DNA of 64,000 nt from an uncultured Bacilli bacterium (GCA_947598325.1 CANQFD010000003.1:22860-86859), one strand, 5' to 3'. Shown: positions 30,158-40,384, counted from the first letter of the stretch. Program-made: numbers and translations. The notes: generated from the letters alone by a model not told the origin.

Positions 30158-31231
30158 TTATTTTTTCTTTATAATTAACTTTTCTTTCATTTCTTTTTGG
30201 AGTTTTTTTCTATCAAATAAGATATCTGTTGTTAGTACAAACCACATTATAATTATAAACAAAATCGCATATATTATCTGACCTAGTTTAACATTACCAA
30301 GAACATATACTAGGGATGCGAAAGAGAATAATATATTTATTGCATATATAATTAATACTGATTTAACTTGGCTAGATGTCATTTGAAGTAATTGATGGTG
30401 TAAATGTTGTTTATCTCCTTTTGTTGGAGATTCTTTCTTTATTAATCTTCTTAATATTGCGAATAGTGTATCTAATATAGGTATTGCTAGTATTAAAACT
30501 GGAACTACAAAGGATGTTATTGTTATATTTTTAAAGCCTAATAGTGATATAACCGCTATCATATAGCCTAAAAACATGGACCCACTATTTCCTAAAAATA
30601 TTTTAGCGGGGTGAAAATTATGTAATAGAAAACCTAAGGTTGCACCTGTCATTATTAAAGTTAATGATGCATCTAATCCATTATATATTCCCATTGAATA
30701 AATAATTATTGATATTGTTATAAAAAATATTGTTGCTATTCCTGAAGCTAGTCCATCAAGTCCGTCTATAAAATTCATACAATTTATTATAGCAACAATG
30801 AATATTACTGTTAAAGGCTTTGCTAATGAACCAAAATTAATATATATACCATATGCTGAAACATCATACATTATTATTCCACCATAACAAACTACTACTA
30901 ATGCTGCAGCTATCTGTCCTACAAATTGTACTTTTGCAGGTAGTCTTTTTATATCATCAAATATTCCTGTTAATAACATTATTATTCCACCTATTAGTAT
31001 TGATATCATTTGTGGAGTTTGATTACAGAAAAGCATGTATCCTAGTAAAAATCCTAAAAATATACCAACACCGCCTAGTTTGGGAATTGGAGTTTTATGA
31101 ATATGTCTTCCACCTGGCATATCAATTGCACCTATATGAAATGCTATTCTTTTAATAAATGGTATTATTAGTGCTACAAATATAAAAACTATTAATATTA
31201 TTTTTATATTATCAAATAAGTTACTGCTCAT
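30158..31231 (-). CDS. tagO: Undecaprenyl-phosphate GlcNAc-1-phosphate transferase (MraY/TagO family)
   Basis: RHIHKTPIPKLGG, GIFDD, NFIDGLDGLA, NFHPAKIFLG, HLHH. Confidence 0.92.
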   Translation of the reverse strand: MSSNLFDNIKIILIVFIFVALIIPFIKRIAFHIGAIDMPGGRHIHKTPIPKLGGVGIFLGFLLGYMLFCNQTPQMISILIGGIIMLLTGIFDDIKRLPAKVQFVGQIAAALVVVCYGGIIMYDVSAYGIYINFGSLAKPLTVIFIVAIINCMNFIDGLDGLASGIATIFFITISIIIYSMGIYNGLDASLTLIMTGATLGFLLHNFHPAKIFLGNSGSMFLGYMIAVISLLGFKNITITSFVVPVLILAIPILDTLFAILRRLIKKESPTKGDKQHLHHQLLQMTSSQVKSVLIIYAINILFSFASLVYVLGNVKLGQIIYAILFIIIMWFVLTTDILFDRKKLQKEMKEKLIIKKK

Positions 31232-31283
31232 AACATCACCTAATTTAATTATAACATAATATTAAAAAAAATAAGTATTAAAC

Positions 31284-32273
31284 TTATTTCTGTAGTAAAT
31301 TTATATTATCTAGCATTATTGCAGTTCCCTGTGCAACACATGTTAGTGGATCTTCTGCAACTTTAATTGGGACTTTTAATTCTTCTTCTAATAATTTATC
31401 TATACCATCTATTAATGCTCCACCACCAGTTACAACAATTCCTTTATTAACTATATCTGCTGAAAGTTCAGGCATCGTCTCTTCAAGTACATTTTTAGCT
31501 GCGTATATTATTTTATAAATTGCATCTTTTAATGCTTCTTGAACCTCTTTTGAAGATATAGTTATGCTATTAGGAAGACCTGTAACTAAATCTCTTCCTC
31601 TTATTGTTTTTTTACCTTTTTTTGATTCAGGATATACAGTTCCTATTTCTGTTTTAATATCTTCTGCAGTTCGCTCACCTATAAGTAATTTATACTTATT
31701 TTTTACATATTTTATTATTTCCTGATCAAATAAATCACCTGCTACTCTAATTGATTTACTTGTTACTATATCCCCTAACGATAGTATGGCTATATCAGTT
31801 GTGCCTCCACCTATATCAATAACCATACTAGCGGAAGGAACAGATATATCAAGACCTGCTCCTATAGCTGCAACTTTTGGCTCTTCTTCTACAAAAACTC
31901 TCTTTGCACCTGTTACCTCTGCAGCTTCTTTTATTGCATTTCTTTCAACCTGAGTAATGTTTGAAGGACAACATATAAGTATTCTTGGTTTTGAAAATTT
32001 GCCTTTTCCCTTTACTTTTTTTAAAAATATATTTAACATTGCTTCAGTTAATTCAAAATCTGCTATTACTCCATCTTTAAGAGGTCTTATAGCTTTAACT
32101 TTTCCAGGAGTTCTTCCTAGCATCTGATGAGCTTCTTTTCCAACTGCTAGAATTTCTTTTGTTTCAGAGCTTACTGCGACTACACTTGGTTCATTTAAAA
32201 CAATACCTTGTCCTTTTACATATATTAAAACATTTGCTGTTCCTAAATCTATTCCAATATCCTTACTCACCAA
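31284..32273 (-). CDS. mbl: Rod shape-determining protein Mbl/MreB from internal start
   Basis: Internal AAAGGA RBS 8 nt before TTG at 32273; DIGGGTTD, TGGGALI; spoIIID-adjacent position as for Bacillus mbl. Confidence 0.85.
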   Translation of the reverse strand: MVSKDIGIDLGTANVLIYVKGQGIVLNEPSVVAVSSETKEILAVGKEAHQMLGRTPGKVKAIRPLKDGVIADFELTEAMLNIFLKKVKGKGKFSKPRILICCPSNITQVERNAIKEAAEVTGAKRVFVEEEPKVAAIGAGLDISVPSASMVIDIGGGTTDIAILSLGDIVTSKSIRVAGDLFDQEIIKYVKNKYKLLIGERTAEDIKTEIGTVYPESKKGKKTIRGRDLVTGLPNSITISSKEVQEALKDAIYKIIYAAKNVLEETMPELSADIVNKGIVVTGGGALIDGIDKLLEEELKVPIKVAEDPLTCVAQGTAIMLDNINLLQK

Positions 32274-32543
32274 GATATCATTCCTTTCTAATTTCTTATA
32301 TTTCATTTTTGTTGCATATCCACCATTTATATGTCTTATTTGTAAATGATACTTTAATATTTTTTCAACCTGATTATATAAATTTTTATCTATATAATAT
32401 AATCTTTCATGTAAATCTTTATGTACTGTACTTTTGCTTACATTTTTATTAAAAGCTATTTCCCTTATAGTTTTTTTTGTATTAATAATATAATTTGCTT
32501 CATCTATAACTCTTTTATATATTTTATTATCCAATGAAAACAC
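31284..32543 (-). CDS. In-frame SpoIIID-Mbl (MreB-like) fusion ORF
   Basis: N-terminal ~85 aa is SpoIIID (TIREIA...VSKSTVHKDLHERL...RHINGGYATKMKY), continuing without a stop into DIGIDLGTAN MreB/Mbl. Confidence 0.9.
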   Translation of the reverse strand: MFSLDNKIYKRVIDEANYIINTKKTIREIAFNKNVSKSTVHKDLHERLYYIDKNLYNQVEKILKYHLQIRHINGGYATKMKYKKLERNDILVSKDIGIDLGTANVLIYVKGQGIVLNEPSVVAVSSETKEILAVGKEAHQMLGRTPGKVKAIRPLKDGVIADFELTEAMLNIFLKKVKGKGKFSKPRILICCPSNITQVERNAIKEAAEVTGAKRVFVEEEPKVAAIGAGLDISVPSASMVIDIGGGTTDIAILSLGDIVTSKSIRVAGDLFDQEIIKYVKNKYKLLIGERTAEDIKTEIGTVYPESKKGKKTIRGRDLVTGLPNSITISSKEVQEALKDAIYKIIYAAKNVLEETMPELSADIVNKGIVVTGGGALIDGIDKLLEEELKVPIKVAEDPLTCVAQGTAIMLDNINLLQK

Positions 32544-32588
32544 CTCTATAATAAAATATATAATTATTTGTTATTTTTTATGATTATT

Positions 32589-33230
32589 TTATAGTTCATT
32601 TAATTTCTTATCAAAATATTTTTCAGGATTTACAATTTTTCCATCATATATTAGTTCAAATAATAATCCATTATCAATTGTTTCTCCCAAATTAATATTT
32701 CCACTTTTTCCTATTATGTCTCCTTGATTAATTGTTTGATCTTTTTTAACATTTATTTCTGATAATCCCTCATATGTGCTAATTAAATTATTGGCATGTT
32801 TTATTTCTACAACATTCCCTAGTATTTCATCTTTCTTTATATCCACTACAGTTCCATCTAATATTGAAACTATTTCAAATGGTTCATCCGATTTATATAA
32901 AACACCTGAATTTTGCATATATGTGTCATTATAAAATATTATTGCATTTTGTTTATCTTCATCGGATGATTCTAGATCATAAAATTTTTTTGATACTTGT
33001 ACTTTATCAGATGTATATGGTTTTGATATTGCTATATCTGTATTTGCTACTGGAACTTCATTTGTTAATATGGTTTTATTAACATATACATAATCTGATT
33101 CATTACTTGCTACTTTTTGATTTTGCGTCTTATCTAATAAAACTAATGACATTATTATAGCTGCGCATGCTATACCATAAATCATTGGCATTACAAATGG
33201 TTTTAATTTTCTTTTTTCCATATTATTCAC
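32589..33230 (-). CDS. spoIIQ: Stage II sporulation protein Q (degenerate M23)
   Basis: N-terminal TM, YMQNSGV, LGNVVEIKH, NPEKYF; lies between spoIID and spoIIID. Confidence 0.82.
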   Translation of the reverse strand: MNNMEKRKLKPFVMPMIYGIACAAIIMSLVLLDKTQNQKVASNESDYVYVNKTILTNEVPVANTDIAISKPYTSDKVQVSKKFYDLESSDEDKQNAIIFYNDTYMQNSGVLYKSDEPFEIVSILDGTVVDIKKDEILGNVVEIKHANNLISTYEGLSEINVKKDQTINQGDIIGKSGNINLGETIDNGLLFELIYDGKIVNPEKYFDKKLNEL

Positions 33231-33274
33231 CTCATTTTAAGTTTGGTGAATTTTAAATAAATTATACATTTTAT

Positions 33275-34210
33275 TTAAATTTTTTCTATTTGAGTACCCT
33301 GATAATAATATTTTAATATTTCTTGATAATTTTTATTTTGTTTTGCAAGAGCATTTGCACCATACTGGCTCATACCTACACCATGTCCATAACCTCTTGT
33401 TTTAATTATAATTTTATTATTATTTTTATTGATATCAAAATCATTTGATCTTAAAGATAACTTTGTCTGAAAATTTCTTCCTTTGAATTCTACATTATTT
33501 ATTTTTAGGCTATATACCCTGCCAGATTCTGTTTTTACTATATCTGTTATATCTAAATTTTCTGAATAATTGAGCCCTAGTTTATTATAAAAATCTCTAA
33601 TATCAAATTCCTTTGTTGTTTCAAATGAACTAGTTTCACTCTTATCAAAACTACTATCTACAACTTTTAAATAAGGTAAATCTTGTCCAAATACATTTTT
33701 ATTATCTTCTGTTTTTCCATTACTAGTAGAAAAAAAGAAAGCATATATTACATCGTTATTGTATGTTATATACTCACCTCTAGTTTCATCAATACTCTCT
33801 TTTATTTTAGATATATATTTATCATAATTATCTTTCCATTTTTCTCTTAATACTGATTCATCTTGATAAACTTGAGAGCTTGTATCATCTGTAACATCAT
33901 ATTCTTTATCTTTATTATTTTGGATTTGTTTTAGGGCATATGTTCTTGCTGCTACGGCTTGTGCCTTTAATGCTTCTTTTTCAAAATAAACAGGTACCTC
34001 TGATGAAACAACTCCTATTAAATATTCTTCTAAATTTATTTTTTCAACTGTATTATCACTTTTTAATACTCTTATAGTCTGTTCTTCTTTATTTGTATTA
34101 AACCCTGATATTATTGTTTTTAAAGTGAAATCATAAAAAAAATGAATTATAAAACCAGGTATACTTATTATTAATACTAGTAATATTATTAGTCTTTTCA
34201 TAGTTATCAC
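33275..34210 (-). CDS. spoIID: Stage II sporulation protein D (lytic transglycosylase)
   Basis: LEEYLIGVVSSE, EALKAQAVAARTY, GYGHGVGMSQYGA. Confidence 0.95.
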   Translation of the reverse strand: MITMKRLIILLVLIISIPGFIIHFFYDFTLKTIISGFNTNKEEQTIRVLKSDNTVEKINLEEYLIGVVSSEVPVYFEKEALKAQAVAARTYALKQIQNNKDKEYDVTDDTSSQVYQDESVLREKWKDNYDKYISKIKESIDETRGEYITYNNDVIYAFFFSTSNGKTEDNKNVFGQDLPYLKVVDSSFDKSETSSFETTKEFDIRDFYNKLGLNYSENLDITDIVKTESGRVYSLKINNVEFKGRNFQTKLSLRSNDFDINKNNNKIIIKTRGYGHGVGMSQYGANALAKQNKNYQEILKYYYQGTQIEKI

Positions 34211-34216
34211 CAGTAA

Positions 34217-34245
34217 AGTATATGCTAATTATTTAATTCATATTC
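34217..34245 (-). promoter_or_regulatory. Possible SigE-type promoter of spoIID
   Basis: GAATATG-N14-CATATACT just upstream of spoIID; spoIID is SigE-dependent in Bacillus. Confidence 0.4.
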
Positions 34246-34662
34246 CTTAATTTTATTAACCCTTCTATTATGTCTTTCTTCTTTTGAAAATGGTGTATTT
34301 ATAAATTCTTCAATTAATCTTTTAGCTCTTTTTATAGATATATTTGAACCAAAAGCTATTATGTTTGCATCATTATCGTTTCTTGTAGCTCTTACGTCTT
34401 TTATACTTGTTACTCTTGCACATCTAATACCCTTAACTTTATTACATGCTATACTCATTCCTATTCCAGAGCCACATATAGCAATTCCATAATCAAGTTG
34501 TTTTGTTGATACTTTTTCACCTAATTTGAATGCATAATCTGTATAATCAACATTCCCTTTTTTATTAGTACCTAAATCTACAAAATCTACATTGCTTAAT
34601 TCTTTTTTTATTTTATTCTTAAGTTCATATCCATGGTGATCAGATATTATTCCTATTTTCAT
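34225..34662 (-). CDS. rpiB: Ribose-5-phosphate isomerase B
   Basis: SDHHGYELK, ICGSGIGMSIACNKVKGIR, RHNRRV. Confidence 0.95.
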   Translation of the reverse strand: MKIGIISDHHGYELKNKIKKELSNVDFVDLGTNKKGNVDYTDYAFKLGEKVSTKQLDYGIAICGSGIGMSIACNKVKGIRCARVTSIKDVRATRNDNDANIIAFGSNISIKRAKRLIEEFINTPFSKEERHNRRVNKIKEYELNN

Positions 34663-34730
34663 AAAAATTCCTCTATTCCTAATAAATTATAACATACAAA
34701 AAAAATTAGAACAATGTTCTAATTAATTAT

Positions 34731-34958
34731 TTATTCTTCTGTTTTTTTTGCTTTGTTTTGATTAATACCATATTTAGCATTAAATCTTTCAACTGCACCA
34801 GCTTTTGACGCAATTGTTTGTTTTCCTGTATAAAAAGGATGACATTCTGAACAAACTTCTACATGTATTTCATCTTTTGTTGATTTGGTAGTCCATTCAC
34901 TTCCACAAGCGCATTTAACTTTAGCATCCTTATAAACTACATTTCCTTCTTTTGCCAT
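34731..34958 (-). CDS. rpmE: 50S ribosomal protein L31 (Zn-binding type)
   Basis: CACG...[13 protein letters not shown]; start MAKEG behind GGAGA. Confidence 0.96.
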   Translation of the reverse strand: MAKEGNVVYKDAKVKCACGSEWTTKSTKDEIHVEVCSECHPFYTGKQTIASKAGAVERFNAKYGINQNKAKKTEE

Positions 34959-35027
34959 ATATATATCTCCTTCCGCCATAACTATTACAAGCTATAGAAT
35001 TATTAAAATCTATATTATTATAACAAT

Positions 35028-35753
35028 TTAACTTTCTTTGTGCAAGTCTAAATCGTTAATTTTTAGTATTATCTTCTTATATATCGCCATATTACCCTCG
35101 TTTGTTATATAAACTGGATAGCTTTTTGTTAAATAATCAGCATTTTTATTTAAAATACTAAATAAATCAATGTATATAATATTGTTATTTTTAGTTAATT
35201 GCTCTACTTTCTTATTTATATAGTTATAATATTTATCATTATTTACATTATTAGTATCATTAAAATAGCCTAGAAAAATTATTTTTTTACTATTTAAGCT
35301 TTTTATTTTATTAAATAGCTCATTTATATCTAATACTACTTGATCTAAATATTTATATATTTCATAATCTTGATTATTATCATCTATTTTAGATAATTTA
35401 TAGTTTATTTCATTATTTCCTATATTTAATATTAAAACATCAGTTCTTTTTATTATATTTTGTATTGAAATATTATCTATATTCAGATTTTGATCTATAT
35501 CATTTATAACATCTATTATTCTTATATCTTTCTTTATAAAATCTTTTGAATAAAAACCTAAAATTTCTTCATCATCTAACTTCTTTGATATTAAGTCTGC
35601 AAAATTAATTGATTTTAAATTATTAGAAAATAATTCTTTATCCCCCAAAATTGTATAATTTATTTCGTTATTATTATTTTGTATATATGAAATTAATATT
35701 ATTAAAGAGAAAAATATTAAAACAAGAATTATTTTCATTTTCATTAGACCCAT
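35028..35753 (-). CDS. SGNH/GDSL hydrolase-like membrane-anchored protein, degenerate active site
   Basis: YTILGD, LNIGNNE, YITNEGN blocks; expected catalytic Ser/His not evident. Confidence 0.65.
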   Translation of the reverse strand: MGLMKMKIILVLIFFSLIILISYIQNNNNEINYTILGDKELFSNNLKSINFADLISKKLDDEEILGFYSKDFIKKDIRIIDVINDIDQNLNIDNISIQNIIKRTDVLILNIGNNEINYKLSKIDDNNQDYEIYKYLDQVVLDINELFNKIKSLNSKKIIFLGYFNDTNNVNNDKYYNYINKKVEQLTKNNNIIYIDLFSILNKNADYLTKSYPVYITNEGNMAIYKKIILKINDLDLHKES

Positions 35754-35773
35754 CCTTTATAATTTATATTAAA

Positions 35774-37030
35774 TTATATTTGAATAAGTTCAATTTTAGC
35801 ACCTATTTTTTTTAGTTTTTCAACAATATTTTCATATCCTCTAAGTATATAGTCAGCTCCACTTATTGTTGTTGTACCACTTGCCAATAATCCTGCGATT
35901 ACTAAGCCTGCCCCTGCACGTAAATCTGTAGCAGATACATCGGTTCCAACAAGATTTGTTTTGCCTCTTATAGTTGCTTTATTTCCCTCTACTTTCGATA
36001 TTGCACCCATCTTACATAATTGATATAGATTTAAAAATCTATTTTCATATAATGTTTCATGAATTTTGGACTCTCCTTCTGCTTGTGTCATAAGGCTTGC
36101 TATTATTTGTTGTAAATCTGTTGGAAAACCTGGATATACTTGAGTTCTAACATTTACCTTTCTTAATTTATTTTTATTTGTTACTTCTATTTTATCACCA
36201 TCTATATGCAAATCTACTCCCATTTCCAATAACTTTTGAAGTGGTGCATAAATATGTTCTGGTATAACATTTTCAACAGTTAATTTTTTACATACTGCTG
36301 CTCCTATCATTATATAAGTGGCAGCCTCTATTCTATCTGGTATAACTTCATGAATACAAGATTTTAAATATGAAACTCCTCTTATTTTTATATTGCTAGT
36401 TCCAGCACCACTTATTTTTGCTCCCATAGAATTTAAAAAAGATGCTAAATCTACTATTTCGGGCTCTTTTGCAGCATTTTCTATTATAGTTGTGCCCTTT
36501 GCTTTAACAGCAGCCAAAATAATATTAATCGTTGCTCCTACACTAGAAATATCTAGATATATACTATTACCAACTAGTTCGTCTGCCGTTATTGTATATT
36601 TATTATTATCTTGAACTACTTTTGCACCCAATGCTTCAAAACCCTTTAAGTGAAGATCAATTGGTCTTGCCCCTATTGTACATCCACCTGGAAAATACAT
36701 TTCTATTTTCTTATGTCTACCTAATAAAGCTCCCATAAAATAATATGATGCTCTAAGTCTTTTTGATGCATCCTCTGGTATTGGTTTATTTTCTATATTA
36801 CAAGAATCAATAGATATCTCTCCATTATCTGTCCTTTTTACTTTTGCACCTAAGTATTCTAATATATCCTCTAATGCATCTATATCTGATATGTTTGGAA
36901 CATTTGTTATTGTTACATTTTCATCACATAATATCGCAGCAGGAATTAAAGCAACAGCACTGTTTTTAGATCCACTTATACTAACTGTTCCCTCTAATTG
37001 TTTTCCTCCATTTATTTTTAATATTTTCAT
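35774..37030 (-). CDS. murA: UDP-N-acetylglucosamine 1-carboxyvinyltransferase
   Basis: SGSKNS, LRASYYFMGALL, PGGCTIGARPID, YPGFPTDLQ, TDLRAGA. Confidence 0.97.
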   Translation of the reverse strand: MKILKINGGKQLEGTVSISGSKNSAVALIPAAILCDENVTITNVPNISDIDALEDILEYLGAKVKRTDNGEISIDSCNIENKPIPEDASKRLRASYYFMGALLGRHKKIEMYFPGGCTIGARPIDLHLKGFEALGAKVVQDNNKYTITADELVGNSIYLDISSVGATINIILAAVKAKGTTIIENAAKEPEIVDLASFLNSMGAKISGAGTSNIKIRGVSYLKSCIHEVIPDRIEAATYIMIGAAVCKKLTVENVIPEHIYAPLQKLLEMGVDLHIDGDKIEVTNKNKLRKVNVRTQVYPGFPTDLQQIIASLMTQAEGESKIHETLYENRFLNLYQLCKMGAISKVEGNKATIRGKTNLVGTDVSATDLRAGAGLVIAGLLASGTTTISGADYILRGYENIVEKLKKIGAKIELIQI

Positions 37031-37158
37031 ATTAGCCTCCTAAACTATTGTCTATATTAACATATGCTAAATATATGAATTTGCTTTATCTATTTTTTTA
37101 ATTTTATCACAATATATCAAAAAAAAATACTCTATTTTATATTTTAGAGTATTTAATC

Positions 37159-38190
37159 TTATAAAGTAAATGTATAAGTATATTTATCATCAATCATTTC
37201 TTGCATATTTAACTTTTTACTTATTAATAATTGTTTCTTTTTATTTAATAAGTCTGCCTTAGATGTTTCAAGATATCCTGCTTCAGTTAATAATTGATTT
37301 GAAAAAGTACACATATCTTCTTCATATTTAGTTCCGATTCTGCTATTTCTAGCATCGTTATACTTTTTGTATAAATCTTTTGGAACTTGTAATCTTTGTC
37401 TTAAATAACTATCAACTAAATCATTATTTTCAATTTCCTCATTAGTATATCCAATTTTTAATTTTTTTCCATCTGGTGAATTGATATATATTGCGTTTGG
37501 AGTTACTAATTGACATAAATTTACCATTTGAAATTTTGTTGCAGCAGCTACATATAATCCACCTGAATTTGCATAAGACATTTCACTTCTCATTTTTCCA
37601 TTGTCTTGATCATATTCAACAGTTTCCATTTTTGCTGTCATTTTTCTTATCTTTTTAGCTGTTGCTTTTGTATATCTTTTTGTTTCTTTAAGCTCACTTA
37701 ATGCTTCATTTCTTAATTTTTCATATTTTTGTACAAGTTCTTTAATATCTGGTGAATTGATAATAAATTCTGATACATCAGGCATCTTTATTATCTTTTT
37801 AATCTTTTTATTATCAAAGTTAGCATTATCTATTGCTTGAATCATATTATCTGATAATAAACTATTATCCACTAAAGTTAAAGCTGCTTGTATTTGACTA
37901 ACATTATAATCTTCTACTTTATCGTTTATTACATTACCCATTACTATAACATCTTCTTGTGTTGCTCCAACTGATTCATAAAAATCTGTATATTCGTTAT
38001 ATGAATTCATTGCAACTTCAGTAATTTGATTTTGTAATATTTCTTCTTCACTTAATACTTCTTCAGTTGTTTGTGATTCTGTTGTAGTTTCAACTTGTTT
38101 TTCTTCTTTGTTTGCACATCCATAAAGGCTGAATAACATTGATCCTATAAGTGCAGTAGTAATAAATTTTCTATATTTTAAATTTCTCAT
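37159..38190 (-). CDS. Hypothetical lipoprotein
   Basis: Lipobox LYGC, E/T-rich linker, helical domain. Confidence 0.75.
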   Translation of the reverse strand: MRNLKYRKFITTALIGSMLFSLYGCANKEEKQVETTTESQTTEEVLSEEEILQNQITEVAMNSYNEYTDFYESVGATQEDVIVMGNVINDKVEDYNVSQIQAALTLVDNSLLSDNMIQAIDNANFDNKKIKKIIKMPDVSEFIINSPDIKELVQKYEKLRNEALSELKETKRYTKATAKKIRKMTAKMETVEYDQDNGKMRSEMSYANSGGLYVAAATKFQMVNLCQLVTPNAIYINSPDGKKLKIGYTNEEIENNDLVDSYLRQRLQVPKDLYKKYNDARNSRIGTKYEEDMCTFSNQLLTEAGYLETSKADLLNKKKQLLISKKLNMQEMIDDKYTYTFTL

Positions 38191-38209
38191 TTTTATCCCC
38201 CTTTATATA

Positions 38210-39604
38210 TTACATATTATTTGATAAAGATAAAGTTTTTGCTGATTCTTGTTCTTGTTTTAATGCTTTTAAATAATCCAATTGCTCTTCGTACATTTTT
38301 TTAACTGATGATATTGTTTGAGCTTCTATTGTATCTTCTTCTGTATTTTCTTCTACTGTATTTTCTTGTGTTGTATCTTCTTCTATTGGATCATCATAAC
38401 TATAATCTTGCTTTTCTTCTTCAACTATAGTTACATTAGAATCTGTTTCTTCTGTTGTATTATCTTGTGTTGGTTGTTCATTTACTACATCTTTATTTGT
38501 TTCTTCTGCTTCTGGTGTTTCTTGTGGTTTATTTGCTTCTTCTTCTGATCTATTTGCTTCTTCCTCTGATACAACATTACCATTTAAATCATAGTAAGTT
38601 TCATCTTTTTTATCTGATTCAATAGGATCATTTAAATTATAATTTGGTTCAGGTTTTTCTGTTGTTCTATCACCAGTTTCTGGATCTATATAATATACTC
38701 CTCCTGGGTTTTCTGTTGTTGTTGATGTATTATCCTTTGATGTATCTTTTGTTGTATCTTTTGTTGTATCTTTTGAAGTATCCTTTTTAGTGTCTTTTTT
38801 AGTATCTTTACTAACTGATTCTTTATTTTTTCCTTTTGTTGAATCTGTTTTCTTCTCTGACACTTTTGTTGCAACTATTTTTTCTTCACTCTTATTTTTA
38901 TTAGTTGCTTTTTTAGCTTTTTCTACTTTTTTAGCTGTTGGCATTGAAGAACTTGATACAGTTACATTTTTATTTTCTTTTTCATCATTATTTGATGTTT
39001 TTTCTTTTTTAGTTTCTTTATCTTCTTTTTCATCTAATAATTCACTATCATCTTCGTCAAAAGAATACTTATTATTGTCATCTTCAAATACAAATGAATC
39101 TGTTTCTTCTGGTGTAGTCATTTCTTCTGTTGTAGATGCAGAATTATCATTGTAGTTATCTTCTTTTTGTTTTTTTCTACCTATTCCAAATATTGTAGTT
39201 CCTAATAATGATACCACTAAAACACCTGCTGTTATTATTGCTGCTGTTTTTTTATCTAATCTATGTTCTTTAAATGGTCTCATAATAAAATTTCTATGTT
39301 TGTATGTTGGTTTATTTTGTGAACTAAATATATATGAACTGTTAGCAATTAATGTATCTCTTTCATTTTCTAAGCTTTCTCTAATTTCATCATTTTCTAT
39401 ATTTTCTATGTCCATATCAATTAAATTATTATATTTACTTTTTAGAAGTTCCTTATATTGTGCTATTTGTTTAGAAATTTTATTTGCAGTATTTAAATCT
39501 TCTTCCTTTAAAGCTTTTTTCTCTTCTTTTAATAATATTTGTATTTCTCTTGCAATACTTTCATATGATTGATTTTGTTTTCTTATTTCTTCTGCCATAG
39601 TCAA
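38210..39604 (-). CDS. Hypothetical single-TM protein with long low-complexity charged region
   Basis: Cytoplasmic coiled coil, TM near residues 122-140, K/D/E/T-rich tail with KDTx repeats. Confidence 0.8.
   Translation of the reverse strand: MTMAEEIRKQNQSYESIAREIQILLKEEKKALKEEDLNTANKISKQIAQYKELLKSKYNNLIDMDIENIENDEIRESLENERDTLIANSSYIFSSQNKPTYKHRNFIMRPFKEHRLDKKTAAIITAGVLVVSLLGTTIFGIGRKKQKEDNYNDNSASTTEEMTTPEETDSFVFEDDNNKYSFDEDDSELLDEKEDKETKKEKTSNNDEKENKNVTVSSSSMPTAKKVEKAKKATNKNKSEEKIVATKVSEKKTDSTKGKNKESVSKDTKKDTKKDTSKDTTKDTTKDTSKDNTSTTTENPGGVYYIDPETGDRTTEKPEPNYNLNDPIESDKKDETYYDLNGNVVSEEEANRSEEEANKPQETPEAEETNKDVVNEQPTQDNTTEETDSNVTIVEEEKQDYSYDDPIEEDTTQENTVEENTEEDTIEAQTISSVKKMYEEQLDYLKALKQEQESAKTLSLSNNM
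38731..38810 (-). repeat. Imperfect 12-bp tandem repeat (KDTx, about 6 units)
   Basis: Encodes KDTKKDTKKDTSKDTTKDTTKDTSKD. Confidence 0.8.
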
Positions 39605-39631
39605 TTCCCCCTTCTCGTAATGACAGGCAAT

Positions 39632-39660
39632 ATATTATCATAAGTTATCACTTTTGTCAA
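39632..39660 (-). promoter_or_regulatory. SigA-type promoter for the 39604/38190 operon
   Basis: TTGACA-N17-TAATAT. Confidence 0.6.
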
Positions 39661-39805
39661 TTTTTTATAAGAAATATTATTAAAATTTTGTTTAGTTTTT
39701 AAATTGAAGTTATACAAAGTAAATTTCTTTTTATAATACTTTTACAAATATTTCGTCTTTTTTTCATTTTGATTTATCATTTACTTGAAAAATTTATTTT
39801 TTAAT

Positions 39806-40339
39806 TTAATCAAAGTATTTTTTTATTAATTCTTTTACAAAAAAAGTATATTCTGCATTTGAACTTTCTGATTCATCAGCTTCTACTAGACAAAGTGGAG
39901 GAAATAATACACACCACCAATTGTCACCATCTCCATTACCTAGTGTTATTACTAATGATTCATACTTTCCTTCTTTATATACTATTCCTTTGTATTTCTT
40001 TTTAGGAAAATAGTTATAACCATAATTTATTTTATAATCTTTATCATAATTTAAGTTATTTAACGTATCTTTAACTAGTTTATCTAATACATCTATATTA
40101 TCTTTCATTATATTTCTAGTTGTATTTATATCATCAACGCCTTCTAATAATTCAAATATTTTATTTTGAACAACATTTCTTAACTGTATCTTTATATTTT
40201 GATCATATACACTGTTACTGTTTGCTATTATTCTAAATCTAATTGCTTCATTTGGAATTATACTTTCTTCTGCTTCTGATTTATTAAATACATAAAACAT
40301 TGATATTATTGCTAATATTAATATTATATATTTTTTCAT
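39806..40339 (-). CDS. spoIIR: Stage II sporulation protein R
   Basis: IPNEAIRFRIIANSNS, FPKKKY, GDGDNWWCVLFPPLC; follows prmC as in Bacillus. Confidence 0.96.
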   Translation of the reverse strand: MKKYIILILAIISMFYVFNKSEAEESIIPNEAIRFRIIANSNSVYDQNIKIQLRNVVQNKIFELLEGVDDINTTRNIMKDNIDVLDKLVKDTLNNLNYDKDYKINYGYNYFPKKKYKGIVYKEGKYESLVITLGNGDGDNWWCVLFPPLCLVEADESESSNAEYTFFVKELIKKYFD

Positions 40340-40384
40340 AAAAAAATCATCCTTTCATTTTGTTTATGGATGATTAAAACATTT

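Noticed and set aside
34705-34723. GAAC-AAT-GTTC near the rpmE end as a LexA box
   Set aside because: Spacer is 3 not 4, and it is the stem of the rpmE terminator hairpin
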